Shown one piece after another: positions 10,800 to 21,175 of a DNA stretch of 64,000 nt (its first letter is position 1; every line of letters starts with the position of its first letter). The notes below the pieces were generated by a model that saw only the letters and a program-made list of their open reading frames with translations, was not told the origin of the DNA and did no database searches. The position numbers and the translations under genes were made by a program. The stretch is from a bacterium (GTDB lineage: Bacteria > SM23-31), in NCBI GenBank assembly GCA_965249485.1, contig OZ252239.1, forward strand, positions 384,001 through 448,000. The letters are read 5' to 3'.

Positions 10800-12116
10800 T
10801 TGAGTAAAGAAAAGATTTGGGAATTATTTATAATCAATCCCGGAACTTTGAATCTTGAAGATCTTGGATCATTTCTCAAGATTATGAAGTTTAATCCTGA
10901 AGTGAAAAACCTGTTTCCTACCGGTTTTCAACCTGCCGAGCCTATCAACAACAATACCGGCGGTATTCTCTATCCAAAAGATACCGAATTGAATACCGAA
11001 CGTGTTGTCAGACTTCAGCAATTAAAAGAGAATAACCCCGATTATAAATTTGTTATCTCCATAAAAAAAAGTAAGAAGGTTGCTGATTACTTTCGGGGTG
11101 TCATCATAAAAGATTTCACAAAATTACTCGATTCCAAGAAAAACAAGCAGGAGTTCAGGAAATCCATCGGACGGCTGGAGAAATCATTTGAACTCTATCT
11201 TGATGACGTACTAAAAGACGATGAACTCATTTACCTCCTTTTCAGAGGGAGATCTATCGATGAGATACTGAGCGACTCCGGCATACCCCGCTATTTTTAT
11301 CACTCTATTAACGTATCGATTTTTGCGCTTGAAATAGTCCAGAATTCACTGATGTCGACTGGTATCAGATTCGAAAAACCAGACTTGATCAATATTGTCC
11401 AGCTTGGTTTGGTGCACGATATTGGCGGAATAGAAAATATCGGCCAGAATGCCGAACTTGCCCTTGAGAAGTAAAAAGAGTACTTCCTAAAAGATACTTC
11501 ACAAAGTTTCATGGCCGCGAAATCGATGCGGTATGGATAATGATATTGTACAGGCTTTAAAAAAATTCGGAGCTTATCACCAGGGCGAAAAGAAATCATT
11601 AATCAAAATGAGCACATGGATGCAAATTATGCGAATGTGCTCATCACAGCGGACGTAATGGACATTATGGTCTCCGGCCTTTTTGGTGACTCTTTACCCT
11701 TACGGACAGCAACTGACCAAATGTATGTGAAAGTCGGCAACAAGGAACTCCGCAAGGGTTTTGTCGATGCCCTCGCAAAGGGACTGAAGCTGAACGATTT
11801 GTTCGATTTCTATCATGAACTCGAACGGCTCAAGAAATCATGTCTTCTCAAAAAATATGCTCAGCCTTACCCAATGAAAGGATTCAAAAGTCCTGTTCTT
11901 GTACTCTGCAGCGGAAGGCGTAATGACTGCCACGAGTATGCAAAAGATTCAAAAGCAGTTAATTTAGTAAGACCAAGCAGCGGACTTGAACCGGGTGCGT
12001 ATGGTCGGTGAAAATTGCTGTCCAGACAGTTGATGAAGTTTTACGAGTCTCATTACGACGATATTAAAGAAAATATTACTCTCAAAGCGGATGAAGAGAA
12101 AGGGGAATCAAAATAA
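10800..12116 (+). pseudogene. HD-domain (HD-GYP-like) protein, disrupted
   Basis: HSINV...GLVHDIG...TADVMD HD-fold motifs are split over ORFs 10800-11474 and 11616-12011. TAA at 11472, apparent frameshifts in ~11525-11600, and an in-frame TGA at 12009 followed by an open frame to TAA 12114-12116. Confidence 0.65.
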
Positions 12117-12200
12117 GCAATTTGATTCCTTATCATAGTATCTTTAACTCCATCAAATCCCAAGATCCTCTGATATTATAATCCATCCTTTACTTGTATT

Positions 12201-13334
12201 GTGAAAATGAACCTGTCGGATTATCGAAAAGAATTCCCTATTTTTTCTCATTCAATTTACCTTAACTCATGTTCTCTCGGAGCACTTTCAGTCCGTTCCC
12301 GGGAGTATGTAAACAAATTTCTGAAACAGTGGGATAGTTATGGCGCATCGGCATGGTATTCGACTTGGATAAACGAGCTTGAGACTGTCCGGACAATGAT
12401 CGCCCACCTCCTGAATGCCGATTATCGAGAAATCGCACTCGGCCACAGCATTTCGACACTGCTCGGTACGATTGCATCATGTATTGATTTTACAGACCGG
12501 AAGCGTGTTGTGGTAAGTGAACTCGACTTTCCGACTACGAACTACCAGTGGTTAGCGAGGAAGCATCAGGGTGTCGAGACGGAGATTATCCATTCATCCG
12601 ATGGAATTCAGATTCCTAAGGAGTGTTTCGAACAGGCTCTGAACGGACAAACAGCGCTCGTTTCGACTTCGCATGTCTTTTACCGAACAGGACACATTCA
12701 GGATATTGCATCAATACAGAATATTTCCAGCAGTAAAAGGACACTTTGTTTAATCGATGCCTACCAATCGACGGGACAGGTACCCGTTGATGTTAAGAGT
12801 ATGAGCATTGATATGCTGGTTTCGGGCGGCCTTAAATGGCTATTGGGGGGACCGGGAATTGCGTTTCTCTTTGTACGACAAGAGCTTATCGACACTCTTG
12901 AGCCAGCGGCAGCAGGCTGGTTCGGCTCAAAGAATCAATTTGAATTTGCCTCCGACCGGATCGACTTTCACGATTCCGCACTTCGGTTTGAAACCGGAAC
13001 TCCGTCAATGGCATCGGTCTATGCGCTCAAAGGAGGGCTTGAAATGATTTTAGAGATCGGTGTCGATACTATCCGCAAAGCAACACAGAATCTGACGGAA
13101 GAACTTGTCGACATGCTGAAACGAGCCGGATTCAACCTCAACATTTCGCCTCATGCAAATGAGCGCTCAGCCATCGTGATGATTGAATATGAAAATGCCG
13201 GAAATGCAGTAGCTGCGCTCAAGGACCAGAATATCATTGTCGACTATCGTCACAACCATATCCGTGTATCTCCCTATTTTTATAACACACCGGACGACCT
13301 TAATGCATTTGTGAATGCGTTAACGGCATTATAA
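12201..13334 (+). CDS. class V PLP-dependent aminotransferase-fold enzyme (kynureninase/cysteine desulfurase-like)
   Basis: YLNSCSLGA, IDAYQSTG, GGLKWLLGGPG (PLP Lys), RFETGTP, IRVSPYFYN. Confidence 0.8.
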   Translation: MKMNLSDYRKEFPIFSHSIYLNSCSLGALSVRSREYVNKFLKQWDSYGASAWYSTWINELETVRTMIAHLLNADYREIALGHSISTLLGTIASCIDFTDRKRVVVSELDFPTTNYQWLARKHQGVETEIIHSSDGIQIPKECFEQALNGQTALVSTSHVFYRTGHIQDIASIQNISSSKRTLCLIDAYQSTGQVPVDVKSMSIDMLVSGGLKWLLGGPGIAFLFVRQELIDTLEPAAAGWFGSKNQFEFASDRIDFHDSALRFETGTPSMASVYALKGGLEMILEIGVDTIRKATQNLTEELVDMLKRAGFNLNISPHANERSAIVMIEYENAGNAVAALKDQNIIVDYRHNHIRVSPYFYNTPDDLNAFVNALTAL

Positions 13335-13398
13335 GAGTATTAATACTTAATTAGAATAGCACTGTGATGATTTTCTGAAGAACAATAATGTGTATTTT

Positions 13399-14319
13399 TT
13401 ACGGAGATTCACTCTTTTTAAGCAGATTTTTTTCCACCATCCACTTTGCCATTACGGTCGTCATTTCATTAATGAGATCTTTACGGTCAGGATAGGGATG
13501 TGATGATTTAAACCAGATAAGGTCTTTTGGTTCCTGTGCCTTGTCATAAAGAGCCTGCGCACATTCCTTAGGAAAACGCTCGTCCTCCAGACCACCAAGC
13601 ACTAACAAAGGCCGCGGTGCAATATGTCTTACATAGTGGAGTGGCTCAAACGGGTAGGCAATCAATTTTGTAGTAATGCCAATGAATTGGTTGATGAGTG
13701 GAATCTGAAACGGAAGATTGGTGGCAATCAGTTTTTCTATTTTACCGCCCCCATAAAGTGATGCGACCGATTTTAGTCTGCTATCGCACGCTGCGGCGGC
13801 CATACCGAAGAACGATCCAAAGCTAACGCCGGTGAGATGAATCCTGTCTGCATCAACTTCCTCCCGGGTGGAAAGCAACTCGATTAAATCCAGAATTCCG
13901 AATACACTATTGAAGAGAGCCTGTCTGATTTTTCTAAGAGCACCGAGAAGTTGCCACCATTTGAGTCGTTTTTCTCCTTCATAGGGGTAATCAACGGTTG
14001 CAACGATGAGCGGTTCCACTTCCGGTCGTTCTTCAACCAGCTCAATGGTATCTTTTCCGGTGAACAATCCGGAGATAAGCAAGACTACCGGTACTTTTCC
14101 CTCCCGTTTCATGGGAATCTTCAGATATCCTTTAAAGGTGTAACCCTGCGGTGACCGGATCGCAAAATGTTCGATGCAGTAATCATCGTCCTGAGAAACG
14201 ATATCCGTCTCTATTTCATTCTGTGCTGCGGATGTATGGCAGAAAAGCCTGCGGTTATCCCTCAAGAGATACCAGAGAAACCAAGCAATAAGACAACTTA
14301 TAAGGAAATAAATAATCAT
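13399..14319 (-). CDS. alpha/beta hydrolase with N-terminal membrane anchor
   Basis: GVSFG nucleophile elbow, PLLVLGG.ED, C-terminal H. Confidence 0.8.
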   Translation of the reverse strand: MIIYFLISCLIAWFLWYLLRDNRRLFCHTSAAQNEIETDIVSQDDDYCIEHFAIRSPQGYTFKGYLKIPMKREGKVPVVLLISGLFTGKDTIELVEERPEVEPLIVATVDYPYEGEKRLKWWQLLGALRKIRQALFNSVFGILDLIELLSTREEVDADRIHLTGVSFGSFFGMAAAACDSRLKSVASLYGGGKIEKLIATNLPFQIPLINQFIGITTKLIAYPFEPLHYVRHIAPRPLLVLGGLEDERFPKECAQALYDKAQEPKDLIWFKSSHPYPDRKDLINEMTTVMAKWMVEKNLLKKSESP

Positions 14320-14384
14320 TAGGAATGTTATATAGCTGATGTGTAATACGAATTACGTTGTGTTGGTTAATTCCTGCACCGCGT

Positions 14385-15167
14385 TCACGTCTTCTTCTTT
14401 ACATGGACTTCCATTTCACCCATGTAACCTTTGCTCTGGTGAAATGACATAATTTCGAATCCTATTTTCTCAAGAAGGAGTTTCAGTGTATTCCTATCAA
14501 AAAGATATAAATGCTCTTCCGGTTTGTCGTACTTCCATTTGTCTCCCTGAATTGAGAGCCACGCAGAACTCATATCGGGTGTGTTGATAAGCAGAAACCC
14601 GTCGTCTTTGAGTACACGATGGATATCGGTCATGTCTTTAACCGGATCGTGAAAGTGTTCAATGATATCAATCATCGTTATAGCATCAAAATATTTATCT
14701 TCGAAAGGGGGATCGATGTCACCAAGCCGCTCATTGAATATCGTGACACTATCGAATTCTTTTTGAACAAGTTTTGTTTTCCACGAAACAATCTCGATCC
14801 CGTATGCATCCCAACCCCAGGCGGCAGCATTTGCAAGAAGGAACCCACGATTACATCCGATATCGAGTATTTTCCCCTCTTGTTTATACTTCGCAACCTC
14901 ATACATGAGCGTTTCGCCGCGTTTGAGCCGAATATCGATGTTTTTCAGATTGGCAAGCTTCCGGCGGCTGTAGGTCTTCTGCTTGAACCAGGTCCGCAAG
15001 TTCCCTTTTTCGTATGCATGTTGGACCGCATTCTCTTTTGATCGGGGATTGACATAAATGAGACCGCAATTTTGGCATTTCACATAGTTCCAGGGAGGAA
15101 CAGAACAGACCGTTTCTGTTGCGTCGTCATCACATATTGCGCATCGAACTGTCTCAAGATTGTCCAT
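14385..15167 (-). CDS. class I SAM-dependent methyltransferase with N-terminal CxxC...CxxC
   Basis: ILDIGCNRG, DIIEH.HDP, NTPD, EHLYLF; start placed at MDNLET (ORF track extends to 15236). Confidence 0.8.
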   Translation of the reverse strand: MDNLETVRCAICDDDATETVCSVPPWNYVKCQNCGLIYVNPRSKENAVQHAYEKGNLRTWFKQKTYSRRKLANLKNIDIRLKRGETLMYEVAKYKQEGKILDIGCNRGFLLANAAAWGWDAYGIEIVSWKTKLVQKEFDSVTIFNERLGDIDPPFEDKYFDAITMIDIIEHFHDPVKDMTDIHRVLKDDGFLLINTPDMSSAWLSIQGDKWKYDKPEEHLYLFDRNTLKLLLEKIGFEIMSFHQSKGYMGEMEVHVKKKT

Positions 15168-15432
15168 TAAATTTCCAAATCGTGTTTGAGATTCCGCCAA
15201 AAACAAAAGATGTAATATACTATGCCAACTCAACAAAAGTCAATTATATTCTCTTGACTTGATGGTAAATGCCCGAGATGCATTGACCTGTCACTCGCAC
15301 ATTAAAGAGATTTGTATTGATTCATCATCCATTTGTTAATACATTGTGTGCGCTTACCGGAATACCGGTTTTTACAACTTCAGACTATACATTACAATCT
15401 TCGAATTCAATGCTCATATTGTGAGGTTCTTT

Positions 15433-17445
15433 ATGAAAATCCCGAATATATTGTACACATTATTACTTATAAGTGCTGTTATTATTGCATCATGTGGAGG
15501 TGAAACGGAAATGGATGAAGCAAGAACATCTGCGCTGGAACAAGTCGGATCAACAATGATTGTGCAGGTCTATGCTGACGGCTTTGATGAGCTGACGCTC
15601 CCTGAAAAATTGACAGCTTACTATCTCTATCGTGCTGCTGTTGCGGGTAGGGATATAAACTTTGACCAGCATCATAAAAATGCGCTTGAAATACGGACGC
15701 TTCTCGAAGAAGTTATCACTCATTCTGACGGCATTGAACAGGCGGTTTATGAGAACATCCTTACATACACGAAACTCTTCTGGGTCGATAACGGAATGTA
15801 TAACGACCGTACGAGAGAGAAGTTTATTCCGGATTTTACGTTCGAAGAATTTACACAGGCGGCGATAACTGCTCAGGAAAATGGCGCTGAATTTCAGACT
15901 CGATCGGATGAGACGCTTAAAGACGCATTAAACCGCCTGCAAAAAACCATGTTTGATCCTGAATTTGAGCCGCTACTCGCGAACAAAAGCCCGAATGCGG
16001 GCGAAGATATTCTACTGTCGAGCGCCAACAACCTATATGAAGGCGTCACGACAGAAGAAGCGAAAGCACATCAGAATAAAGCGATCCATCCACTGAACTC
16101 AAAATTGGTTAAGCAAAACGGCCGCTTAATTGAGCAGGTCTACCGCGCGGGAACAGAGGATATCGAACCGGGACTTTATGCACACGAGTTGACAAACATC
16201 AGTAATGAATTTAAAAATGCCCACAAATACACAACCGAAGCCCAGCAGAAAACAATTTCGGAACTCATCACATTCTTTGAAACGGGTGATCTGGACGATT
16301 TCAGAAATTATAATATTGCATGGCTTCAGGATGATCCAAGTGTCGATTTTATCAATGGTTTTATCGAGGTGTATCTCGATGCACTCGGCCAGAAGGGCGA
16401 ATATGAGGGCGGCGTATTTTATGTCGATAAAAAGACAACCCAGCTAATGAAAAATATTGCGTCCAGTGCTCAATATTTTGAAGAGCGGATGCCGTGGGAT
16501 GATCAATATAAGCAGAACAAGCCAAATATTCCGGTCGCAAACTCGATCAATCTTGTTGGCGGTACGGGCGGTCTCGGACCGATGTCACCTATCGGAATCA
16601 ACCTGCCGAATGCACAGGATTTGCGGGAGGAGTATGGAAGTAAGAGTGTGCTGTTGAGCAATTTGACATCCGCTGTCCGGGAAGCGGTCGGGCCTACCGG
16701 TGTCAACGAATTTGCCCTGCCAGAAGAGCGTGAGGGAGCGATTGCCTACAGTGCAGCGTACGGTGAAGCAGAAGTAGCGCTGCATGAAGTGATCGGTCAC
16801 GGTTCGGGGAAAGTGAATCCCGACCTCCCCGACGACCCGGCAACAATGCTGAAGGATTACTACTCCGCAATGGAAGAGGCACGGGCAGAACTCATTGCAC
16901 TTTATCACTTGTTTGATCCGAAACTTGTTGAAATGGGGATTCTCCCGAACAAGGAAGCTGCCGAGGCGGCATACCGAGGGTATGCCCGGGCAGACATCCT
17001 CCAGCTCAGAAGGGTTACTACACGCGACGTCATCACCGATGACCACATGAAAGCAACACACCTTATCGTCCAGTATCTGATGCACAAAACCGGTGTGATC
17101 GATAAGATACAGGCTGATGGAAAATCATATTATAAAGTTACCGATATCGACGGGATGCGTGATGGAATTGCCGATCTGCTGTCACAGCTTATGCGGATAA
17201 AAGGCGAGGGCGATTATGATGCACTCAAGGAGCTTATCGATATGTACGGAACAAAGATCGATACTGAACTGCGGGACGAAGTGATCCGCCGGTGTGATGC
17301 AATCAACTATCCGTCATTTTATGCGTTTAACTTTCCGATCCTTGAACCGGTTACCTATAATGATGACATCGTCGATATAAAGGTTGTCATCCCTGAGAGT
17401 TTTACCGAACTTCAGTTAACGTTTTCGGAAATGTTTAAGAAGTAA
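15433..17445 (+). CDS. peptidase family M49 (dipeptidyl peptidase III-like) lipoprotein
   Basis: LHEVIGHGSG (HEXXGH), EEARAE, GINLPN, GFIEVY; lipobox IASC after ATG 15433. Confidence 0.88.
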   Translation: MKIPNILYTLLLISAVIIASCGGETEMDEARTSALEQVGSTMIVQVYADGFDELTLPEKLTAYYLYRAAVAGRDINFDQHHKNALEIRTLLEEVITHSDGIEQAVYENILTYTKLFWVDNGMYNDRTREKFIPDFTFEEFTQAAITAQENGAEFQTRSDETLKDALNRLQKTMFDPEFEPLLANKSPNAGEDILLSSANNLYEGVTTEEAKAHQNKAIHPLNSKLVKQNGRLIEQVYRAGTEDIEPGLYAHELTNISNEFKNAHKYTTEAQQKTISELITFFETGDLDDFRNYNIAWLQDDPSVDFINGFIEVYLDALGQKGEYEGGVFYVDKKTTQLMKNIASSAQYFEERMPWDDQYKQNKPNIPVANSINLVGGTGGLGPMSPIGINLPNAQDLREEYGSKSVLLSNLTSAVREAVGPTGVNEFALPEEREGAIAYSAAYGEAEVALHEVIGHGSGKVNPDLPDDPATMLKDYYSAMEEARAELIALYHLFDPKLVEMGILPNKEAAEAAYRGYARADILQLRRVTTRDVITDDHMKATHLIVQYLMHKTGVIDKIQADGKSYYKVTDIDGMRDGIADLLSQLMRIKGEGDYDALKELIDMYGTKIDTELRDEVIRRCDAINYPSFYAFNFPILEPVTYNDDIVDIKVVIPESFTELQLTFSEMFKK

Positions 17446-17457
17446 ACATATAGAATA

Positions 17458-20241
17458 TTATTTATCATCTTCTTTCAGGCGTTCCAGATATGGGACGCCT
17501 TTTTTTATCCAGTCGGGAGCAGGTTCGTCTTTGAGAAAGTGGAGAAACCACTCCCGGACACTCTGTGCATAGTGCTGGCGGTTTTCTTTCTTTGAAAGTG
17601 AATGGTTTTCACCTTCGTAGACAAGCATTACCACTTCTTTCTCCTGCCGGCGCATTGCATTGAACATTTCAACCCCCTGATTCCAATCAACTGCACCATC
17701 TTCATCTCCGAATGCAATGAGGAGCGGTGTCTGGATATTGTTCACACCGAAAACCGGAGAATTACGCACAAACCCATTCCAATCATTCCAATAAGGTTCG
17801 GGCAAACGGCCCTGGCTTGTTTCAAAAATGACCTGATTGGTACCACCGGTATTCCAGTAGATTGAGCTGTACATGCTGATCATATTGATAAGTGGTGCGC
17901 CGGCAACGGCTGCTGAAAAGAGGTCTGTCCTTGTAATAAGAAACGCTGTCTGATACCCCCCCCACGAATGACCCATCAGTCCGATCCGGTTTTCATCGAT
18001 GTCGCCCCTTTTGAGGACCTCACGGACAGCCGGTACAACACTTTCAACAGCTGATAATCCGGGGTCACCGACACGGTAGACAATATCAGGCTCATAAACA
18101 AAAAATCCCAGATCGGAAAATACGCGCTGATTGTATGCATATCGATTAGAGGGTATGGAGTAGTTGTGGAGGTTTTGTGAGCGTTTTTCGTAAATGAATA
18201 CGATCATGGGATATTTCTTTCCGGGATCGTAATTCGCGGGATATAGGAGCATTCCCTGAAGGGGCTCACCGTGATCGTTTTCAAAATTGACCAGCTCCGT
18301 ATCCGCCCAATGAAATTCATCCTGCTGCAGATTGGTGTGTGTCAGTTGTACCGGTTGTTCAAACGAAACATTCGACAGAAACAGGTTCGGCGATTCGTCG
18401 GCTTTCTGTTTCGTAAAGTAATATACTTCCATATCCTCTGCCTTCCGAAGACGGGTTATCCGCCGCGGTTCATAAATCAGCTTTTGCAGATTCTTTCCGT
18501 CTTTAAGCCGGTAATAGCCCGAGTCTTTTGTGCTGTCTCCGGTAGCGGAAAGGAAGATTGTTTCGCCGGATTCGTAAAATTTCTTTTCTGTATCCATCCA
18601 GTATTGTCTAAACCTGATTTTCTCAGGTGCACCTTGTGTCAGCTGTTCGGCTTTTGAGCCGTCCGGTTTAACTTTCCAAATATCGTACTGGCCATAGAGA
18701 AGCACTGCTTTGTCACCTTCAAACCACCGCCCTTTCCCCCAGGGCCGCGGCTCGGCAACCGGCTGGTCGATCTTAAAATTGTCGAAACGTGAATCGATAT
18801 TCTGTGTGAGATTCGAGTGAAGTTTCCGCTCAATATCATAGGTCCACCAGTTTTCATTCCTAAAATAGATGAGATACTTTCCGTCGGGAGACGACTCTAC
18901 TGATCGGGAATATTTTTCGAGAATATGCTCACGCTCACCTGTCTGAACATCGACGATATAGACATCTTTCCACGAGTCCTTGAATGCCGGTTGATACGGC
19001 AATGCATCATATCCAATTGCAAATTCTTGATCGCTGCTCAGTGTCACTACTTTCAGGCTGTCGTCATTGAGCCGCACAACGGTGTTTCTATCGATATGCC
19101 ATGCTGCGTAATAGCTATATTTTTTATCGATTTCGGATGTTTTTTTCTGCCGTGGCTGAATGTTGACATCTTTCCAGTGCCAGATATCGACTCCGGGCGG
19201 CGGCAGGTCGTCTTCATCATCCTTTTCCTCATCGCCGTTTTCTTCATTTTCTTCATCGTCTCCGTTGCCGTCCTCATCCTCCTGCTCTTCTTCCTCGTCC
19301 TGATCTTTCTTTATCCATTCCTGCATTCCGAAGAAAAGCGCAGAGCCGTCTTTCGACCACGTTAACCGTCGTTCGTCTCCAACAATCCTGTATCCTTCGG
19401 GGAATGTTTCGTCATCAGCTGGATCATATGGTACTAAATTGAAATTTTTCTTATCGATGTCCCGTACTGAAAAGATTTCATGTGTATTCTCTTCATAGTC
19501 TTCATCTTTGACAGCCTTCAAAAAGGCGAGCGCGTCTTCATCATCATGCCAAACAAGTCCAAGATATTCGGCACGGTCGCTGTCGAGAACACGGTATGAA
19601 TTGTTTTCAAGATTGTAGAGATAGACACCGTTACCAAACGAGTCATCGGTCTCCTTAATGACCGCAAGAGCTGAACCTATTTCGCTGAAAGCATAGAAGG
19701 AAATATCACCGATCAGATGATCGATTCCCGATTCTAGATTCCGGTACACAAGTCCGGTACCCCCGTTTATCTGACCTTCAGGTTTGTATTTTCTCAGGGC
19801 GATGAACTTCCCATCATCAGAAAAATCGAACCGGTTTATAGCTTCGATCGTGTCGACTGAACTATCGGCAAGCTTCAGGATTCCAACTTTGGAGCGGATT
19901 TCTCCTTTCGACTTCCTGATCTTATCCCGTTCTTTTTGGGGCACATTAATGTTGAACGCCAGCCATTGTGAGTCATGAGAGAACATAGGGTTCGAAGAAA
20001 CGTGGAACGTGTCTTCATTCATAGTTGCAATCTGCTTTACAATGAGCCATCCGTCACCGTCGACCAGCGAGATAGTATAGGCGAACCATGCGCTGTCATT
20101 GGATATTTCTGTCTGGGAAATTATCTCCCATTTTTTAATATCTTCCGGTGTGAGATTTTTCTTCTGAGCTTGCAGGAACGTTGTTTGAAGCAACATACAA
20201 AACAGCACGGACACAATAAACTTCGTAGTGTGTGTATTCAT
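17458..20241 (-). CDS. S9 family prolyl oligopeptidase/acylaminoacyl peptidase, exported
   Basis: GHSWGGY nucleophile, GDEDGAV Asp, GENH His; beta-propeller N-domain; signal peptide. Confidence 0.9.
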   Translation of the reverse strand: MNTHTTKFIVSVLFCMLLQTTFLQAQKKNLTPEDIKKWEIISQTEISNDSAWFAYTISLVDGDGWLIVKQIATMNEDTFHVSSNPMFSHDSQWLAFNINVPQKERDKIRKSKGEIRSKVGILKLADSSVDTIEAINRFDFSDDGKFIALRKYKPEGQINGGTGLVYRNLESGIDHLIGDISFYAFSEIGSALAVIKETDDSFGNGVYLYNLENNSYRVLDSDRAEYLGLVWHDDEDALAFLKAVKDEDYEENTHEIFSVRDIDKKNFNLVPYDPADDETFPEGYRIVGDERRLTWSKDGSALFFGMQEWIKKDQDEEEEQEDEDGNGDDEENEENGDEEKDDEDDLPPPGVDIWHWKDVNIQPRQKKTSEIDKKYSYYAAWHIDRNTVVRLNDDSLKVVTLSSDQEFAIGYDALPYQPAFKDSWKDVYIVDVQTGEREHILEKYSRSVESSPDGKYLIYFRNENWWTYDIERKLHSNLTQNIDSRFDNFKIDQPVAEPRPWGKGRWFEGDKAVLLYGQYDIWKVKPDGSKAEQLTQGAPEKIRFRQYWMDTEKKFYESGETIFLSATGDSTKDSGYYRLKDGKNLQKLIYEPRRITRLRKAEDMEVYYFTKQKADESPNLFLSNVSFEQPVQLTHTNLQQDEFHWADTELVNFENDHGEPLQGMLLYPANYDPGKKYPMIVFIYEKRSQNLHNYSIPSNRYAYNQRVFSDLGFFVYEPDIVYRVGDPGLSAVESVVPAVREVLKRGDIDENRIGLMGHSWGGYQTAFLITRTDLFSAAVAGAPLINMISMYSSIYWNTGGTNQVIFETSQGRLPEPYWNDWNGFVRNSPVFGVNNIQTPLLIAFGDEDGAVDWNQGVEMFNAMRRQEKEVVMLVYEGENHSLSKKENRQHYAQSVREWFLHFLKDEPAPDWIKKGVPYLERLKEDDK

Positions 20242-20503
20242 ACCATTTCCACCGTTAGGAATTGTTGTGTATAATCATAGACAAATCATACCGATTTATA
20301 TTCAAAATGAGTTGGGTAAATCGCTTGCTCTTAGGGGGCATTATATTTGAAAAGACAGATAAAATCGGTATAATGTTTCAGACAAGATACTGTAATTTTG
20401 TTACGGAATGAACATGAATTTTCAAAAGAGTGACTAATAATAAAAAATATGATTTCCGAAATGTGGAATTATTTCGTATTTTTGTAGTATAAGTATGTAG
20501 TAT

Positions 20504-20855
20504 GGGGACGAATTTGGCTTCGACGGGATCGAGAAGTTATCGGTAGCATACCGAGTTTCCGGCAGACTCGTTAAACGGCTGGACCAAAAAGTAAGTGCAG
20601 ACGATAGTTACGCACTGGCAGCTTAATTAGCTGTCCGTCGTCACGACCTCCACCCTGCCGGGGGTTGCGAACGGCGTCGATTCAGGCAGGGGTAAACCGC
20701 TGTCTTTCCGGATCAGCGGTGATCCTACTCTCTCCGGAATACCCGGTACGTTTCCGGTCCGCAGGGTGCGAACTGGGAAAATTAAGAGCGGACTGAGTAT
20801 GGAGAAGCCGGTAGTAACTTTATTTCGGACGCGGGTTCGAATCCCGCCGTCTCCA
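20504..20855 (+). ncRNA. ssrA: transfer-messenger RNA
   Basis: 5' GGGGACG..GGCTTCGACGGG; 3' GGACGCGGGTTCGAATCCCGCCGTCTCCA with an acceptor stem carrying the alanyl G-U pair; tag frame GCA GAC GAT AGT TAC GCA CTG GCA GCT TAA (ADDSYALAA*) at 20597-20626; CCA not encoded (ACGA). Confidence 0.97.
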
Positions 20856-20863
20856 CGACATAG

Positions 20864-20906
20864 CCGTAACTTGTTTATTATACAATAGGTTACGGTGTTT
20901 TGTTTT
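20864..20906 (+). terminator. intrinsic terminator downstream of ssrA
   Basis: CCGTAAC...GTTACGG stem followed by TGTTTTGTTTT. Confidence 0.6.
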
Positions 20907-21024
20907 AAAGAATTCCCTTTTAAATGTCCAGACAGTGTCAATTATTTGAAACTTTAGGTCAAAATGGAAGTTTATTCATCTTTTTAGTGTTTCAATGTTG
21001 TAAAAATCCTTCTCTACTTACTTA

Positions 21025-21053
21025 TTGACATACCCTTATACAATAAGTATCTT
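21025..21053 (+). promoter_or_regulatory. sigma70-type promoter of the symporter operon, overlapped by a 9-bp inverted repeat
   Basis: TTGACA-N17-TATCTT; TACTTATTG (21019-21027) / CAATAAGTA (21041-21049). Confidence 0.55.
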
Positions 21054-21175
21054 TTACAATTCAATTTTTAAGAATCATGGATCAAGCTTTTCCCCAATAA
21101 AATGCGATAAATCGTTTCGTACGTATTATTGCCATAGTATTTGATATTTTTCAATATCAAATATAGGGAGAAAAT

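Noticed and set aside
20627..20941. 104-aa minus-strand ORF
   Set aside because: Antisense shadow of the tmRNA.
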